From contig OZ220686.1 of NCBI GenBank assembly GCA_965116435.1, forward strand, positions 325,005 through 389,004: a DNA stretch of 64,000 nucleotides, read 5' to 3'. This DNA is from Rhodothermales bacterium (GTDB lineage Bacteria > Bacteroidota > Rhodothermia > Rhodothermales > VXPQ01). A model generated the notes under the pieces. That model was not told where the DNA came from and did no database searches. It saw nothing but the letters and a program-made list of their open reading frames with translations. Position numbers and translations under genes: made by a program. Numbering within the stretch: the stretch's first letter is position 1; every line of letters begins with the position of its first letter. Positions 47,852-62,464 of this stretch are shown here, in pieces.

Positions 47852-47881
47852 ATTTTTTCAAGAGGAAGTATGTCGCTTAAA
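47852..47881 (-). promoter_or_regulatory. Candidate sigma70-like promoter of paralogue A (TTGAAA-18 nt-TATATT)
   Basis: The sense strand reads TTGAAAAAATGGTGGGGCGCATCGTATATT, about 78 nt upstream of the ATG. The same motif with the same spacing is conserved upstream of paralogue B. Confidence 0.3.
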
Positions 47882-48581
47882 CCCGCCCTTCCAGATACGC
47901 CTTGCGGGTCTTTTCATCAAAGCGTTCGATGGCGTAGCGGAGCATGGTTCGAGGCATGTTGCGGTAATGGCGGCGCAGAAAGGCTTCTTCGGCAGCGCGG
48001 TCCTGTTTTCCCACTTCGCGCAACATCCACCCTACGGCCTTGTGAATGAGGTCCTCCTTGTCGTTCAGCAGTTGTTCGGCCATCAGAAGAAATTCGTCGA
48101 AGCCGCCCCGTTTGATATACCAGTAGGCGGCGATTACCGCAATGCGGCGCTTCCACAGGCTTGCGTCGCGGACCCACTCGAAAAGCAGGTCCTTCTTTCC
48201 TGCCTCCAGATGCGCTCCGACGATCTTGTGCGCAGAGGCATCGACCAGATCCCAGTTGTTGACGTACTCGACCCGTTTCAGATAGAGATCGAACATCGCT
48301 TGCTTTTGCGCGGCGTCTCCGCGTTCGTATCGCCGGATTATCATAAAGAGCGCGCAAAGCCGGTCTTCATGCCACGGGGATATGAGCAATTCTTCCACTG
48401 CGGACATATCCGCCGCGTCGCAGGCCCGGGCCAGTTTGCGAAGCGCCGGAACGCGAATGCCCCGGAACTGGTCCCCTTCTCCATATTCGCCGGGCCCGGT
48501 TCGGAAAAAACGCGCGGAATGGGCCGCAATGTCGGGATTGCCCAGCGCCTTGAGGCGAGCCTGTATGTCTGTCCGGGTCAT
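47877..48581 (-). CDS. DNA alkylation repair protein (AlkD/AlkC-like HEAT-repeat glycosylase family)
   Basis: The ORF was trimmed to ATG 48581 (MTRTDIQARLKALGNPDIAAHSARFF). It has GIRVPALRKLA, NNWDLVD, WKRRIAVIA and HKAVGWMLRE motifs, which are typical of the family. Confidence 0.8.
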   Translation of the reverse strand: MTRTDIQARLKALGNPDIAAHSARFFRTGPGEYGEGDQFRGIRVPALRKLARACDAADMSAVEELLISPWHEDRLCALFMIIRRYERGDAAQKQAMFDLYLKRVEYVNNWDLVDASAHKIVGAHLEAGKKDLLFEWVRDASLWKRRIAVIAAYWYIKRGGFDEFLLMAEQLLNDKEDLIHKAVGWMLREVGKQDRAAEEAFLRRHYRNMPRTMLRYAIERFDEKTRKAYLEGRV

Positions 48582-48720
48582 GAGGGCGTTCGGGGGAGGC
48601 GTTACAATACGAACGGATGGGGACTCCGTGCGAGTACAAGAATCCGCCCTAAAATACGGTTTTTCGGCCACAGCGGCGCGCCTGGGGGAAATAGTTCGAG
48701 GGCGGACCGCTTCCTTCGCC

Positions 48721-48801
48721 CTACCGCAGCAACGTCATTTTCCGTGTCAGCGTTTCTCCGTTCGCCTGGAGCCGATAGACGTACAGGCCGGAAGGCAGGT
48801 T
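48721..48801 (-). pseudogene. 81-bp relic of the 3' end of a further Calx-beta/T9SS-CTD paralogue
   Basis: The reverse strand reads NLPSGLYVYRLQANGETLTRKMTLLR-stop, which is near-identical to the ends of paralogues A and B. It sits 27 bp from the genuine stop of paralogue B. Confidence 0.8.
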
Positions 48802-48827
48802 ATTCTATGCTGCCACTTCTCCCCAAC

Positions 48828-51800
48828 CTACCGCAACAGCGTCATTTTCCTGGTGCGCGTTTCGCCGTTCGCCTGGAGGCGATAGACGTACAGGCCCGAG
48901 GGCAGGTTGTCCGCGTCGAAGCGTACGGAATGCGTTCCTGCCGGGCGGATCCCGTCTACGAGGACGCCTACGCTGCGCCCGGTGGCGTCGAACACTTCCA
49001 GGCGGACGTGTTGCGGAGTGGGCAACTCGTATTCTATCGCCGTCGAGGGGTTGAACGGGTTCGGATAGTTCTGGCTCAGGGCAAACGCTTTCGGGAGTTC
49101 TCCTTCGGGAGATTCTATCGACGTTACGTTTTCATCCTCGCTGATGATTACGTCCACAGATGCGGGCGTCCCTCTCGAAAAACCGGCGGGCAAGGCTCCG
49201 AACGTTACCGTGAATGTTTCGTCCTCCATGTCGTCGTCTTTCGTCGTGAGAATCCAGTCCGTTCCGAAGGGTTCGTTTGCGTCAATGACGATGGTTGCGA
49301 GGGCCACGTAGTCGCCTGCTTCGGCGTCGTCTGTGGTGAAGACAAGCGGCAAGGTCACCACGCTGGGTACGGTATGCGCCAGTTCGGCGTGGATGGTGGC
49401 TCTTCGGCCTTCGTAGATGGGGTTCGGATATACGGCCAGCGTAATCTGGGTCGGGTCGTTGCCGCCACCGGGGTTTCCTCCGCCCGGGTTTCCACCACCG
49501 CCGACACCTGGGGCCGTCGAATCGTCGTTGTCGGTGATGGTGAGCGTGTGGGTCGTCGCACTGCCCAGCGTGTAGCCCGCGCCGCGGGTAAGGGTCAGGA
49601 TGACCGTCTCGGCGTTCTCGACGGCGCTGTCGTCGTTGATGGCAACAGGGATGTCTGCGGCGCTCGCCCCGGGGGCGATCGTCAGCGAACCTGAGTTCTG
49701 GATGGTGAAGTCGTTGCCGCTGCCCGCCGTCGCGGTGCCGGAAACGCTGTAGCCGAGCGAGAAGCCGCGCGAAGGCGCCGGGGAGATGTTGACCGTCACA
49801 TTGTGCGTGCCGGCGCTCTCGGCCGCGCTCGAAGAGACCGCCGCGAAGGACGCCGTGGCGATGGCCTCGACATCGTTGTCCTCGATGGTGAGCGTCGCCT
49901 CGGTGATTGACCCCGCCGTGACGCCAGCCGGCAGGTTCGCCGTGTCGATGGCCACCCTGAAGGTCTCATCCCCTTCAAAGGCCGTGTCCTCAAGGATGGG
50001 AATGTCAATGGAGTAGCGGGTATTGCCGTCCGCCTTGAAGACCAGTTGGCTAACCAGTGTGTAGTCCGCGCCGCCCGTCGCAGTGATGTCCGTAAAGATC
50101 AGCGGAACCGTAATATCGCGTCCACTCGCCGGCGTCACAGTAAAGGTCGGTTGGGCAACACCTGCACCTTCATTGGCGGCGAAGGCGTCCCGAATGAAGG
50201 ACAGCGTTACCGAAGACGGTGCATCGGTGATCGTCATCGTTTGGGTCGCGCCGCCGAGTGACAGCGTCACCGTCTCGTTCGACTCAGACAGGTTGTCCCC
50301 AAGGGTCTCCAGATGCAGCGGCCCCGCGGTACGGCGGCGACCCTGCAAGATCGCACCGTCGAAGGTTATCGAAGGATTGTTGCCGTTGAGGCCGCTACAG
50401 GTGGCGACCGCTGCTGATTCCACAGACCTGCAGGCCAGCCGGTAGTCCGTCCCGAGCGTGGCGGCGCCACCGATGGTCAGCGGCAGCGTTACTGTCTCGC
50501 TGTTGCCCAACGCCTCGCTTAAATATATATTGAAATAGACGACTGCGCCTTCAGGCAAGGTGGTAACACCGCTGCCGGAACTAAGTTGTGCGGTGACCGG
50601 CGCATCGTCGTCCGTCACCGTCACCGTCACGCTGGGGATAGATAATGACGAGAATGACACCGGACGGTACTTCTGGCCGTCCCCGTCGCCCGCCTCAATC
50701 GTGTGCGTGATCGTACGGGTGCGCTCGCCGCCCGTATTCACGATGTTGTCGTTCTGGCCCGTGATCGTTACCGTCTGCGCCGTGCTCCAGTTGCTTGTCG
50801 TGAACGTCAGCGTATCTTTTGCCTTCGGCTTCGTATTTCCGCCGGGACCGTCCACGAACGCCGCGCCTCCGGCGGTCACGGTGATGGTCACTTGCCCCGC
50901 AGGCCGCGTGTCCAGGCCCACGGTGTACGTAGCCGTGCCTCCGTTCTCCGCGACCGTGCGGGCGCTCTGCGATACGGTCACGCCCGCCGTGTCGTTGTCG
51001 TTCACGGTCACCGTCGCGGAGGAGTTGGAACTGCCCACCGTATAGCCCGTGCCCGCGTTTACGGTCACCGTCACGCTGCCGTTGTTCTCGTCCCTATTGT
51101 CGTCCACGGTGGAGACGGTGTAGGTAGCGGAGCCGGACGTGGGTACGGAAACCGTCTTGCTGCTGCCGGTCGATCCAGAGGTTGCGAAGTTGCCGCTCTC
51201 GCTCACGGTCAGTTTGACGGTGAGGGCCGAGGCCGGCGCAGGGCTTGCCGTCACCGTGAAGCTCGCATCCGCGCCCTCGGTCACGGAAGACGATCCTGCC
51301 GCAATAGTGACCTCAGGGAGGGCTACGGTGTCGTCATTGAGAATCGTGTGGGTATGGGTCGATGTGCCGAGGGTGACGCCGGCAGGGGGGGTGTTTCTTA
51401 ACCTCAACGTTGCGATCACCGTCTCGTCGGGCTCAACGTCGGTGTCGCCCCGTACCTGGATGTCTATGCGAGTATTTGCGAGAGAGCCGCCTGCCTGATG
51501 TGCTGAATGGAAGCAGGTGGTTCCAGTGGCGCCGCCGTCGGTTCTCGTCCGGTAGTCCGCGCTTGAGCTCCAACCATTAAATGTGGTATTCGCAGTTGCC
51601 GTGCCACTGAAACAAAGCTCCCACTCCACAATGCTTGATACCGCCTGTGACAGGGTCACCGTGTAGGTACGGGTCCTCGCGCCCGAATTCCTCTCGTTTG
51701 CGTCCGCGGGTCCACTGAGCGACAAGGTGGTGTTGTTCTGCGCGGCGGCCTCGGAGATCGGGCCCCATACGGTACACACCATACACAGCGCGGCCAGCCA

Positions 51801-51940
51801 CGCTATCCATAGAACGCGGCGAGCGAAAAGGACGCGCCGCGGCGCCGAAGCAGCACCTGATTTACAAGATAGCCCCCCCCCCCCCTCACGTTCGAGGAAT
51901 CATTCCCAGAATCGTTCCCCCGAAGAAACGAAGAAATCAT
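48828..51940 (-). pseudogene. Calx-beta/T9SS-CTD paralogue B, with its start codon out of frame because of a G13 tract (candidate phase-OFF allele)
   Basis: The body ORF 48828-51782 (984 aa) starts only at a Met inside the hydrophobic core (MVCTVWGPISEAAAQ). The homologous leader MISSFLRGNDSGNDSSNVRGGGG starts at ATG 51940 in another frame and stops at 51803. G11 or G14 would fuse the two. Confidence 0.8.
51873..51885 (-). repeat. Homopolymeric G13 tract (C13 on the + strand) in the leader of paralogue B
   Basis: Counted directly (8+5 C across the line break). Confidence 0.95.
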
Positions 51941-51999
51941 TGCTTTCCTCTGGTTTTGTTCAGCGTATCCTTGCAGTTGGCATAACCTGCATGCGCAAT

Positions 52000-52029
52000 A
52001 ATATACTATGCGCCCGACCATTTTTTCAA
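52000..52029 (-). promoter_or_regulatory. Candidate sigma70-like promoter of paralogue B (TTGAAA-18 nt-TATATT)
   Basis: The sense strand reads TTGAAAAAATGGTCGGGCGCATAGTATATT, conserved with the paralogue A upstream region. Confidence 0.3.
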
Positions 52030-52140
52030 GAAGAGTTATGTCTCCCCAGGCGGGTCCGAACCATCTCTCCGGGAGCCTGGCCGAAACGATCCCTATCTGG
52101 AAGTCTCTGGCGAAGCGTCCGCCCCGGCTGTACAAGTTTA

Positions 52141-52299
52141 GGATGCACTGATCAAATCCACTTCGATCAGCGCTTCACGTACGCAAGTAGCGTTTGTAAT
52201 GATTCTATCGTTAAAATCATCGGAAAACACGGCGTTTTGCGACGCCGGGGTCGTGAAGCGCCCTTCGGGAGGCATCGAGGGGTGCGCGAGGCGGACGCA

Positions 52300-52304
<5 letters not shown>
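52141..52304 (+). repeat. Copy 2 of the approximately 165-bp dispersed element (see 15328-15490)
   Basis: It aligns by eye with the reverse complement of 15328-15490. It lies upstream of paralogue B in the same orientation relative to the gene as copy 1 has to gene 3. Confidence 0.85.
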
Positions 52305-54627
<2,323 letters not shown>

Positions 54628-54657
54628 ATCGCAAGGGAAAGGAAAATGCAGGCGCCG

Positions 54658-57153
54658 CTATTCCTCTCGCGGATCCAGAATGTGTTCGATGCGCGCCAGT
54701 ACGTCCTGGAGATGCAACGCCGTAGGCCGGTCCTGCACGCGCCGCGCGGTGCGTTGCGCATCCGTCCGCAGCGCTTCCAGTTCGCCGCGCACATAGGCCC
54801 GAATGTCGCTCTGACTTACGTCGATGGGCGTATAGGCCAGGTACCGGCGGGCGGCGGCGGGCGGCGCGGTGATCTCCTCGTGCATCAGCCGCTCCATGTC
54901 CTCGAGGTAGGCGCGTTGCAGATTGCGCCGCCACGGATCGATGGCCTCGTTGGCGGCCAGTTCGCGCCAAAGCCCCTTGCGCAAATCTTCCAGCATGTCG
55001 AGCGGGGCGTACGCCTCGCTGCCGAGGCGGGCTTCTGCTTCGATGAGGCGGGCCAGGCGCTGCGGGTCCAGCAGCAGGTCCAGCCGGCTTGCCTGTACGC
55101 TGCGAATGCGCTCCACGGCGCCCGCATGTTCGATCCGGCGAAGCACCTCCTCGTCGAGCAGCCACCGGGGCGTCTCGAATCCGAATTCATGCAGAAAAGC
55201 CATGGCGCCCGATTGCGCGTCCCGCGAAACCATTTCATAGACGGGTCCTTCCTGGTCGTATGTTTTCGGGGTCTCGTACACGCCCCCGATTTCGCGAGCG
55301 GCGTGGCCCAAATAGCGCCTCCACTGCACCACGATCTCGCCGTACAATTCCTCAAGGTGCGCATAGTCTTCCCCCGCCTCGCCGGTCCATTCGACCAGAT
55401 TCGGCACGATTCGCTTGAGATTCGCCACGCCGAGCCGGCTTGCTTCCGCCGCATTGTCGCCCAGGTCCTCGCGCTGAGACCGGGGGTCCAGGGGATTCCC
55501 TGTCTGGCGCCCGTAGAAATAGCGCGGATCGCCTGCGCGCTCCGTGACCCAGCCGTTCAGCACGGACCGGATTTCGTCCTCGGTCGCGGCGTCGGGAATG
55601 GGTCGATAGCCCCAGCGCACGCTCCATTTGTCGTATTCGCCGATCGCGGGCAGGAAATTCGTCACGCCGTCCTCCGGCTGGGCGATATAGTTGAAGCGGG
55701 CGTAATCCATAATGGACGGCGCCGTGCCGTGCGCGCTCGTAAACGTGGGCGAACGCAGCGAATCAACGGGAAATGCGTAGCTCGAACCCCAGTTATGCGG
55801 CAATCCGATGGTATGCCCCACCTCGTGGGCGGATACGAACCGAATCAATTCCCCCATCACCTCGTCGTCGAATTGCACGCGGCGCGCATCGGGGTTCGAC
55901 GCGGCGGTCTGCACGAAATACCAGTTCCGCAAAAGGTTCATCACATTGTGGTACCACCCGATGTCGCTTTCGAGAATCTCTCCCGTGCGCGGGTCGTGCA
56001 CATGCGGCCCGTACGCGTTTTCGATATCGGAGGGGAAATACCGGATCACGGAATACCGTACGTCCTCCGGGCTGAATTCCGGGTCCTCTTCCGCAGAAGG
56101 CGGGTCCTTGCCGACAATGGCATTGCGAAATCCGGCTTCCTCGAACGCGGCGTTCCAGTCGTCCACGCCCTGTTTGATGTACGGGCGCCACTTCACCGGG
56201 GTGGCCGGATCGATGTAGTATACGATGGGCTGCACGGGTTCCACCAGTTCGCCGCGCGCGAACGCCTCCGGGTCCGAGGGGTCGAGCCGCCATTTCGTAA
56301 TGAAGCATTTTTCTTCCGCCCGCTGCGCATCCGCCCCGTAGTCGATCGTTTCCACATTGAAATATCCCACGCGGGCGTCGCAGGGGCGGGGCGTCATGAG
56401 ATGGTCCGGCAAAAGCACCATGGACTGGTTCATTTCTACGGAAATCGTGCCGGTCGAGGGGTTTTCGGGCGGGGCGTCCGCCGAATAGGTGAGCGTGTGG
56501 CGCACCTCGATATTGCGGGGAAAGCTTTGGGCCGCATTGACATAGGAACGATCCTTGTCCAGGCTCTTGACCTTGAAGCGCTCGCGGCTGGACGAACCGA
56601 GGCCCAGAAAGCGCACGTCCGTCGTAAAGAGTTCCGTCACGTCCACGACGGACCGGGTGGAATCGTCGCTGCGGGCGAGAATATCGAAGGCCGCCGCCAC
56701 GGGTTCGAGGTTGGCGTTGCGGACCGCCTGGTAGATCGGGCGCTCCTCGCTCGCCACGCTTTCGTAGGAGACGATCCGAAGAAGCACCTTGTCCGCCTGC
56801 CGCTGCCACCGAAGCGCCTGCGTGTTCGTCTTTTGTCCGCCGTAGCCCATGCCCGCATGCGTCCGGGCCTGCCGGGTTACGAGAATCATCTCCCGGCCCA
56901 GCAACGAATCCGGAATCTCGAACAGGAGTTGCTCTGCATCCCGGTGCACGGTAAACAATCCCGCGTCGGTGGCCATGCTTTCCTTGACGACCTCCGAATA
57001 CTTCTTCATCTTCGAATCGGACTCCTCCGAATCGCTGGCGTCCGAAGACGCGTCGTCCGCCATGCGGGCGGTTTGCAGTCCGAGGCTGCATCCCCCCCAT
57101 ACAACCGCAAGAGCAAGCAACGACGACAGGGAAAGAATTCCGGAACGAGACAT
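54658..57153 (-). CDS. Zinc-dependent metalloprotease lipoprotein (large zincin family, DUF4953/DUF5117-like)
   Basis: The ORF was trimmed to ATG 57153. It has lipoprotein signal MSRSGILSLSSLLALAVVWGGCS and zinc site VSAHEVGHTIGLPHNW. About 831 aa. Confidence 0.75.
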   Translation of the reverse strand: MSRSGILSLSSLLALAVVWGGCSLGLQTARMADDASSDASDSEESDSKMKKYSEVVKESMATDAGLFTVHRDAEQLLFEIPDSLLGREMILVTRQARTHAGMGYGGQKTNTQALRWQRQADKVLLRIVSYESVASEERPIYQAVRNANLEPVAAAFDILARSDDSTRSVVDVTELFTTDVRFLGLGSSSRERFKVKSLDKDRSYVNAAQSFPRNIEVRHTLTYSADAPPENPSTGTISVEMNQSMVLLPDHLMTPRPCDARVGYFNVETIDYGADAQRAEEKCFITKWRLDPSDPEAFARGELVEPVQPIVYYIDPATPVKWRPYIKQGVDDWNAAFEEAGFRNAIVGKDPPSAEEDPEFSPEDVRYSVIRYFPSDIENAYGPHVHDPRTGEILESDIGWYHNVMNLLRNWYFVQTAASNPDARRVQFDDEVMGELIRFVSAHEVGHTIGLPHNWGSSYAFPVDSLRSPTFTSAHGTAPSIMDYARFNYIAQPEDGVTNFLPAIGEYDKWSVRWGYRPIPDAATEDEIRSVLNGWVTERAGDPRYFYGRQTGNPLDPRSQREDLGDNAAEASRLGVANLKRIVPNLVEWTGEAGEDYAHLEELYGEIVVQWRRYLGHAAREIGGVYETPKTYDQEGPVYEMVSRDAQSGAMAFLHEFGFETPRWLLDEEVLRRIEHAGAVERIRSVQASRLDLLLDPQRLARLIEAEARLGSEAYAPLDMLEDLRKGLWRELAANEAIDPWRRNLQRAYLEDMERLMHEEITAPPAAARRYLAYTPIDVSQSDIRAYVRGELEALRTDAQRTARRVQDRPTALHLQDVLARIEHILDPREE

Positions 57154-57355
57154 GGGATCGGGCTGGGTCAAAGGCGAACGAGACAGGCTACGCTGATCAA
57201 ATCCTGCTATCCGTCCCGGTGTTCCCATGAGAAGGATGCGCAAGGATAGAGAAAGCGATTAAAAAGATCGTCCGCAAGACAGGTGCGAAACAGGGCGCCT
57301 TAAAAATTTAGGTTCGAAAATTTCGAGCCTAAAAAAATAAACCTGCCGGAAAAAA

Positions 57356-59982
<2,627 letters not shown>

Positions 59983-60894
59983 TCATTGCATGTGTACCTG
60001 GCGTTTGAGCCGCCCGATTTCGAAGGGCTGCAAGCGCCTCCATTTTCCGATCCGAACGCCTTTGGCGGTCAGTCCCGCGTAATTTACCCGTTCGAGCGTC
60101 GCGATTTCATGGCCCAGCGCTTCGAACATCCTGCGAACCTGCCGGTTGCGGCCTTCGTGCATGCGCAGCCCCACTTCCCGCCGGTTGGGCAAGGCGACGT
60201 AGGCGGCTTCGTCTGCTTTCGCCGGGCCGTCCTCGAGGGCTACGCCCGTTTTAAGGAGATCGATCTCGTGAGGCTTCACTGCGGCGCGCGTGCATACCCG
60301 GTATAATTTATCGACCTCGTATCGCGGATGCATCAGCCGGTGCGCCAGTTCCCCGTCGTTGGTAATGAGCAGTACGCCCGACGTATCCCGGTCCAGGCGG
60401 CCCACGGGAAACAGGCTGCGCTTGTCGGCATCCGGAAGCGCCAGCAGGTCCATCACGGTGCGCCTTTTACGGGGGTCTTTTTTGGTCGCAATGGCGTCTT
60501 TCGGCTTGTTGAGGAGGATGTACGCATGGGGCGACGCAGAAATGCGCTTTCCGTTCACCTCCACCGTATCGTCCGGCGTAACCGCCGTAAAGAATTCCCG
60601 GACGCAGGCTCCGTTTATCTTGACGAGGCCCCGCTTGATCAGGTTGTCCGCCTCGCGGCGCGAGCACACGCCCGCGCGGGCAATATACCGGTTCAGGCGC
60701 ATGCCTTCGTTTCCGTTCCGGGCCGCGCCCGGCGCGTTCGACGCTTCTTTGGGCGTTCCGGATGCTTCCGGGCGGCCCGGCGAGCGAGCGGCCGCGGCGC
60801 CCTTGCGTCCGCTGTTTGCAGGAAGTGCAGGAATTTCGGCGGGCATGTCGGCAAACAGGGTCCGGGAGAGAAAGCGCGTAACGCGTACGGGCAA
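59983..60894 (-). CDS. rluB: Pseudouridine synthase, RsuA/RluB family
   Basis: S4 domain MRLNRYIARAGVCSRREAD and catalytic motif GRLDRDTSGVLLITNDG. The N-terminal 64-aa basic extension is uncertain, and the true start may be the internal MRLNRY. Confidence 0.8.
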   Translation of the reverse strand: MPVRVTRFLSRTLFADMPAEIPALPANSGRKGAAAARSPGRPEASGTPKEASNAPGAARNGNEGMRLNRYIARAGVCSRREADNLIKRGLVKINGACVREFFTAVTPDDTVEVNGKRISASPHAYILLNKPKDAIATKKDPRKRRTVMDLLALPDADKRSLFPVGRLDRDTSGVLLITNDGELAHRLMHPRYEVDKLYRVCTRAAVKPHEIDLLKTGVALEDGPAKADEAAYVALPNRREVGLRMHEGRNRQVRRMFEALGHEIATLERVNYAGLTAKGVRIGKWRRLQPFEIGRLKRQVHMQ

Positions 60895-60948
60895 TGAACG
60901 AAGCAGGGCGCGATCTGTTCTTGCCCGGGAAAATTCCGGGGCGCGGCG

Positions 60949-61662
60949 TTATTCCCCGGCTTCCGGCGTCGCCTCCCCTGTCGAGGCCGCTTCCCCGGTC
61001 CCGGCCTCCTCGTCCTGCTCCTGTCCCACCTCGCCTTCCTGTTGCAGCTGCAAGAGTTCGGCCCGCTCCCGACTGAAAGCAGGGTCTCCAAGGATTTCCT
61101 CGATTTCGCGCAAGGTAGGCAGTTCGTCCAGGTCTCCCAGTCCGAATTGCTCCAGAAAAGCGCTTGTCGTCGCGTAGATCAGGGGGCGCCCCAGCGAATC
61201 GCTTCGGCCCGCCACGTCGACGAACCCCTGTTCCATCAGTTTGCCCAGCGCATACCCGGAATCGACGCCGCGCACAAAATCGACTTCCGGCTTGGTGACC
61301 GGTTGCCGGTAGGCTACGATAGCGAGGGTCTCCATCAGCGAGCGGGACATTTTCTGGACGCGCTCGCGATCGAAAAAAGATTTCAGGTACGGAGCCACCG
61401 AAGCAATGGTCGCCATGCGAAACCCCGCCGCCCACCGCTCGATCCGAAAAACGCGGCCTTCCGCGGCATACGCCTCGTTCAGGTCGGCGACGGCCTCCAG
61501 CACCTGCGCGTCTGCGGGGGCAGCGTTTCCCGTTACGTTGCTATACGCCCCGGCAATGTCGCGGGCGGTAACCGGACGATCCGCCGCAAACACCAGGGCT
61601 TCGGTGACCTGGGCCAGCGTGCGATCCGCCAATTCGCGTATGGAAGCCATGTTGTGCATCAC
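60949..61662 (-). CDS. scpB: Segregation and condensation protein B
   Basis: Winged-helix repeats (ETLAIVAYRQPVTKPEVDFVRGVDSGYALGKLMEQGFV..GRSDSLGRPLIYATT..FLE.FGL) with an acidic tail. It overlaps the scpA stop. Confidence 0.85.
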   Translation of the reverse strand: MMHNMASIRELADRTLAQVTEALVFAADRPVTARDIAGAYSNVTGNAAPADAQVLEAVADLNEAYAAEGRVFRIERWAAGFRMATIASVAPYLKSFFDRERVQKMSRSLMETLAIVAYRQPVTKPEVDFVRGVDSGYALGKLMEQGFVDVAGRSDSLGRPLIYATTSAFLEQFGLGDLDELPTLREIEEILGDPAFSRERAELLQLQQEGEVGQEQDEEAGTGEAASTGEATPEAGE

Positions 61663-62432
61663 GCTGCGCCTGTTTCCGGGTGCTCTTGCGTGCGTTCGTC
61701 GGGGCTGTCCGGCTCGTCGGATTCCGGACGGTGCAAGGCAAGGTAAAAATCAATCGGATTTTCTTCTGGAATATGTACGCGCACCTGCTGCGCCTGCACA
61801 AGTTCCAGCACGCCCAGAAAGGTGGCCACGATAAACGGCCTTGACCGACTGGCCACCAGCGTGGCGAACGAAAGCGACTCGTCCGCCTCCAGGCGCTCCA
61901 GCAAGAACGCCCGCTGCTGCTCGATCGAATATTCTTCGCGCGCCACATCGTGCACCGCTTCCTCCGGCGCCGCGGCGAGGATGCGTTTCAGCGCCGACAC
62001 CAGATCGAACACAGAGACCTCCAGCACCGGTCCCTGTCCCCACGCGGCGCGTTCGTCGATGGCCTGGCTTCGCGTAAAGCGTTGCGCCCGTTCGTTTTCA
62101 AGCGAAACAAGATGGCCCGACGCTTCCTTGTACCGGATATATTCGAGAAGCCGCTCCACCAGTTCGCGTCGCGGGTCGATCGGGTCTCCGTCTTCATCGA
62201 CCTCCTGTCCGGGCAGCAACATGCGGGCCTTTATCCCGATCAGGATCGCCGCCATATACAAAAATTCGCCCGCGCTGTCCAGGTCGATCTGTTTCAGCAG
62301 GCGCACATGCTCCAGGTACTCGTCCGCAATGCGCGCCACCGGAATATCGAAAATATCCAGCTCGTCCCGCCGAATAAAGAAGAGGAGCAAGTCCAGCGGC
62401 CCCTCAAAGTCTTCAAGATTGACCTGATACAT
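61659..62432 (-). CDS. scpA: Segregation and condensation protein A
   Basis: The ORF was trimmed to MYQVNLEDFEGPLDLLLFFIRRDELDIFDIPVARI, which is the typical ScpA N-terminus. Confidence 0.85.
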   Translation of the reverse strand: MYQVNLEDFEGPLDLLLFFIRRDELDIFDIPVARIADEYLEHVRLLKQIDLDSAGEFLYMAAILIGIKARMLLPGQEVDEDGDPIDPRRELVERLLEYIRYKEASGHLVSLENERAQRFTRSQAIDERAAWGQGPVLEVSVFDLVSALKRILAAAPEEAVHDVAREEYSIEQQRAFLLERLEADESLSFATLVASRSRPFIVATFLGVLELVQAQQVRVHIPEENPIDFYLALHRPESDEPDSPDERTQEHPETGAA

Positions 62433-62464
62433 CACAAGTCCTTGCCCTGCAATGAAAAAGAATG

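Noticed and set aside
45068-51782. A diversity-generating retroelement as the cause of the variable blocks in paralogues A and B.
   Set aside because: No reverse transcriptase gene or template-repeat/variable-repeat pair with adenine-specific differences is visible. The differences are whole-cassette replacements and not A-site mutagenesis.
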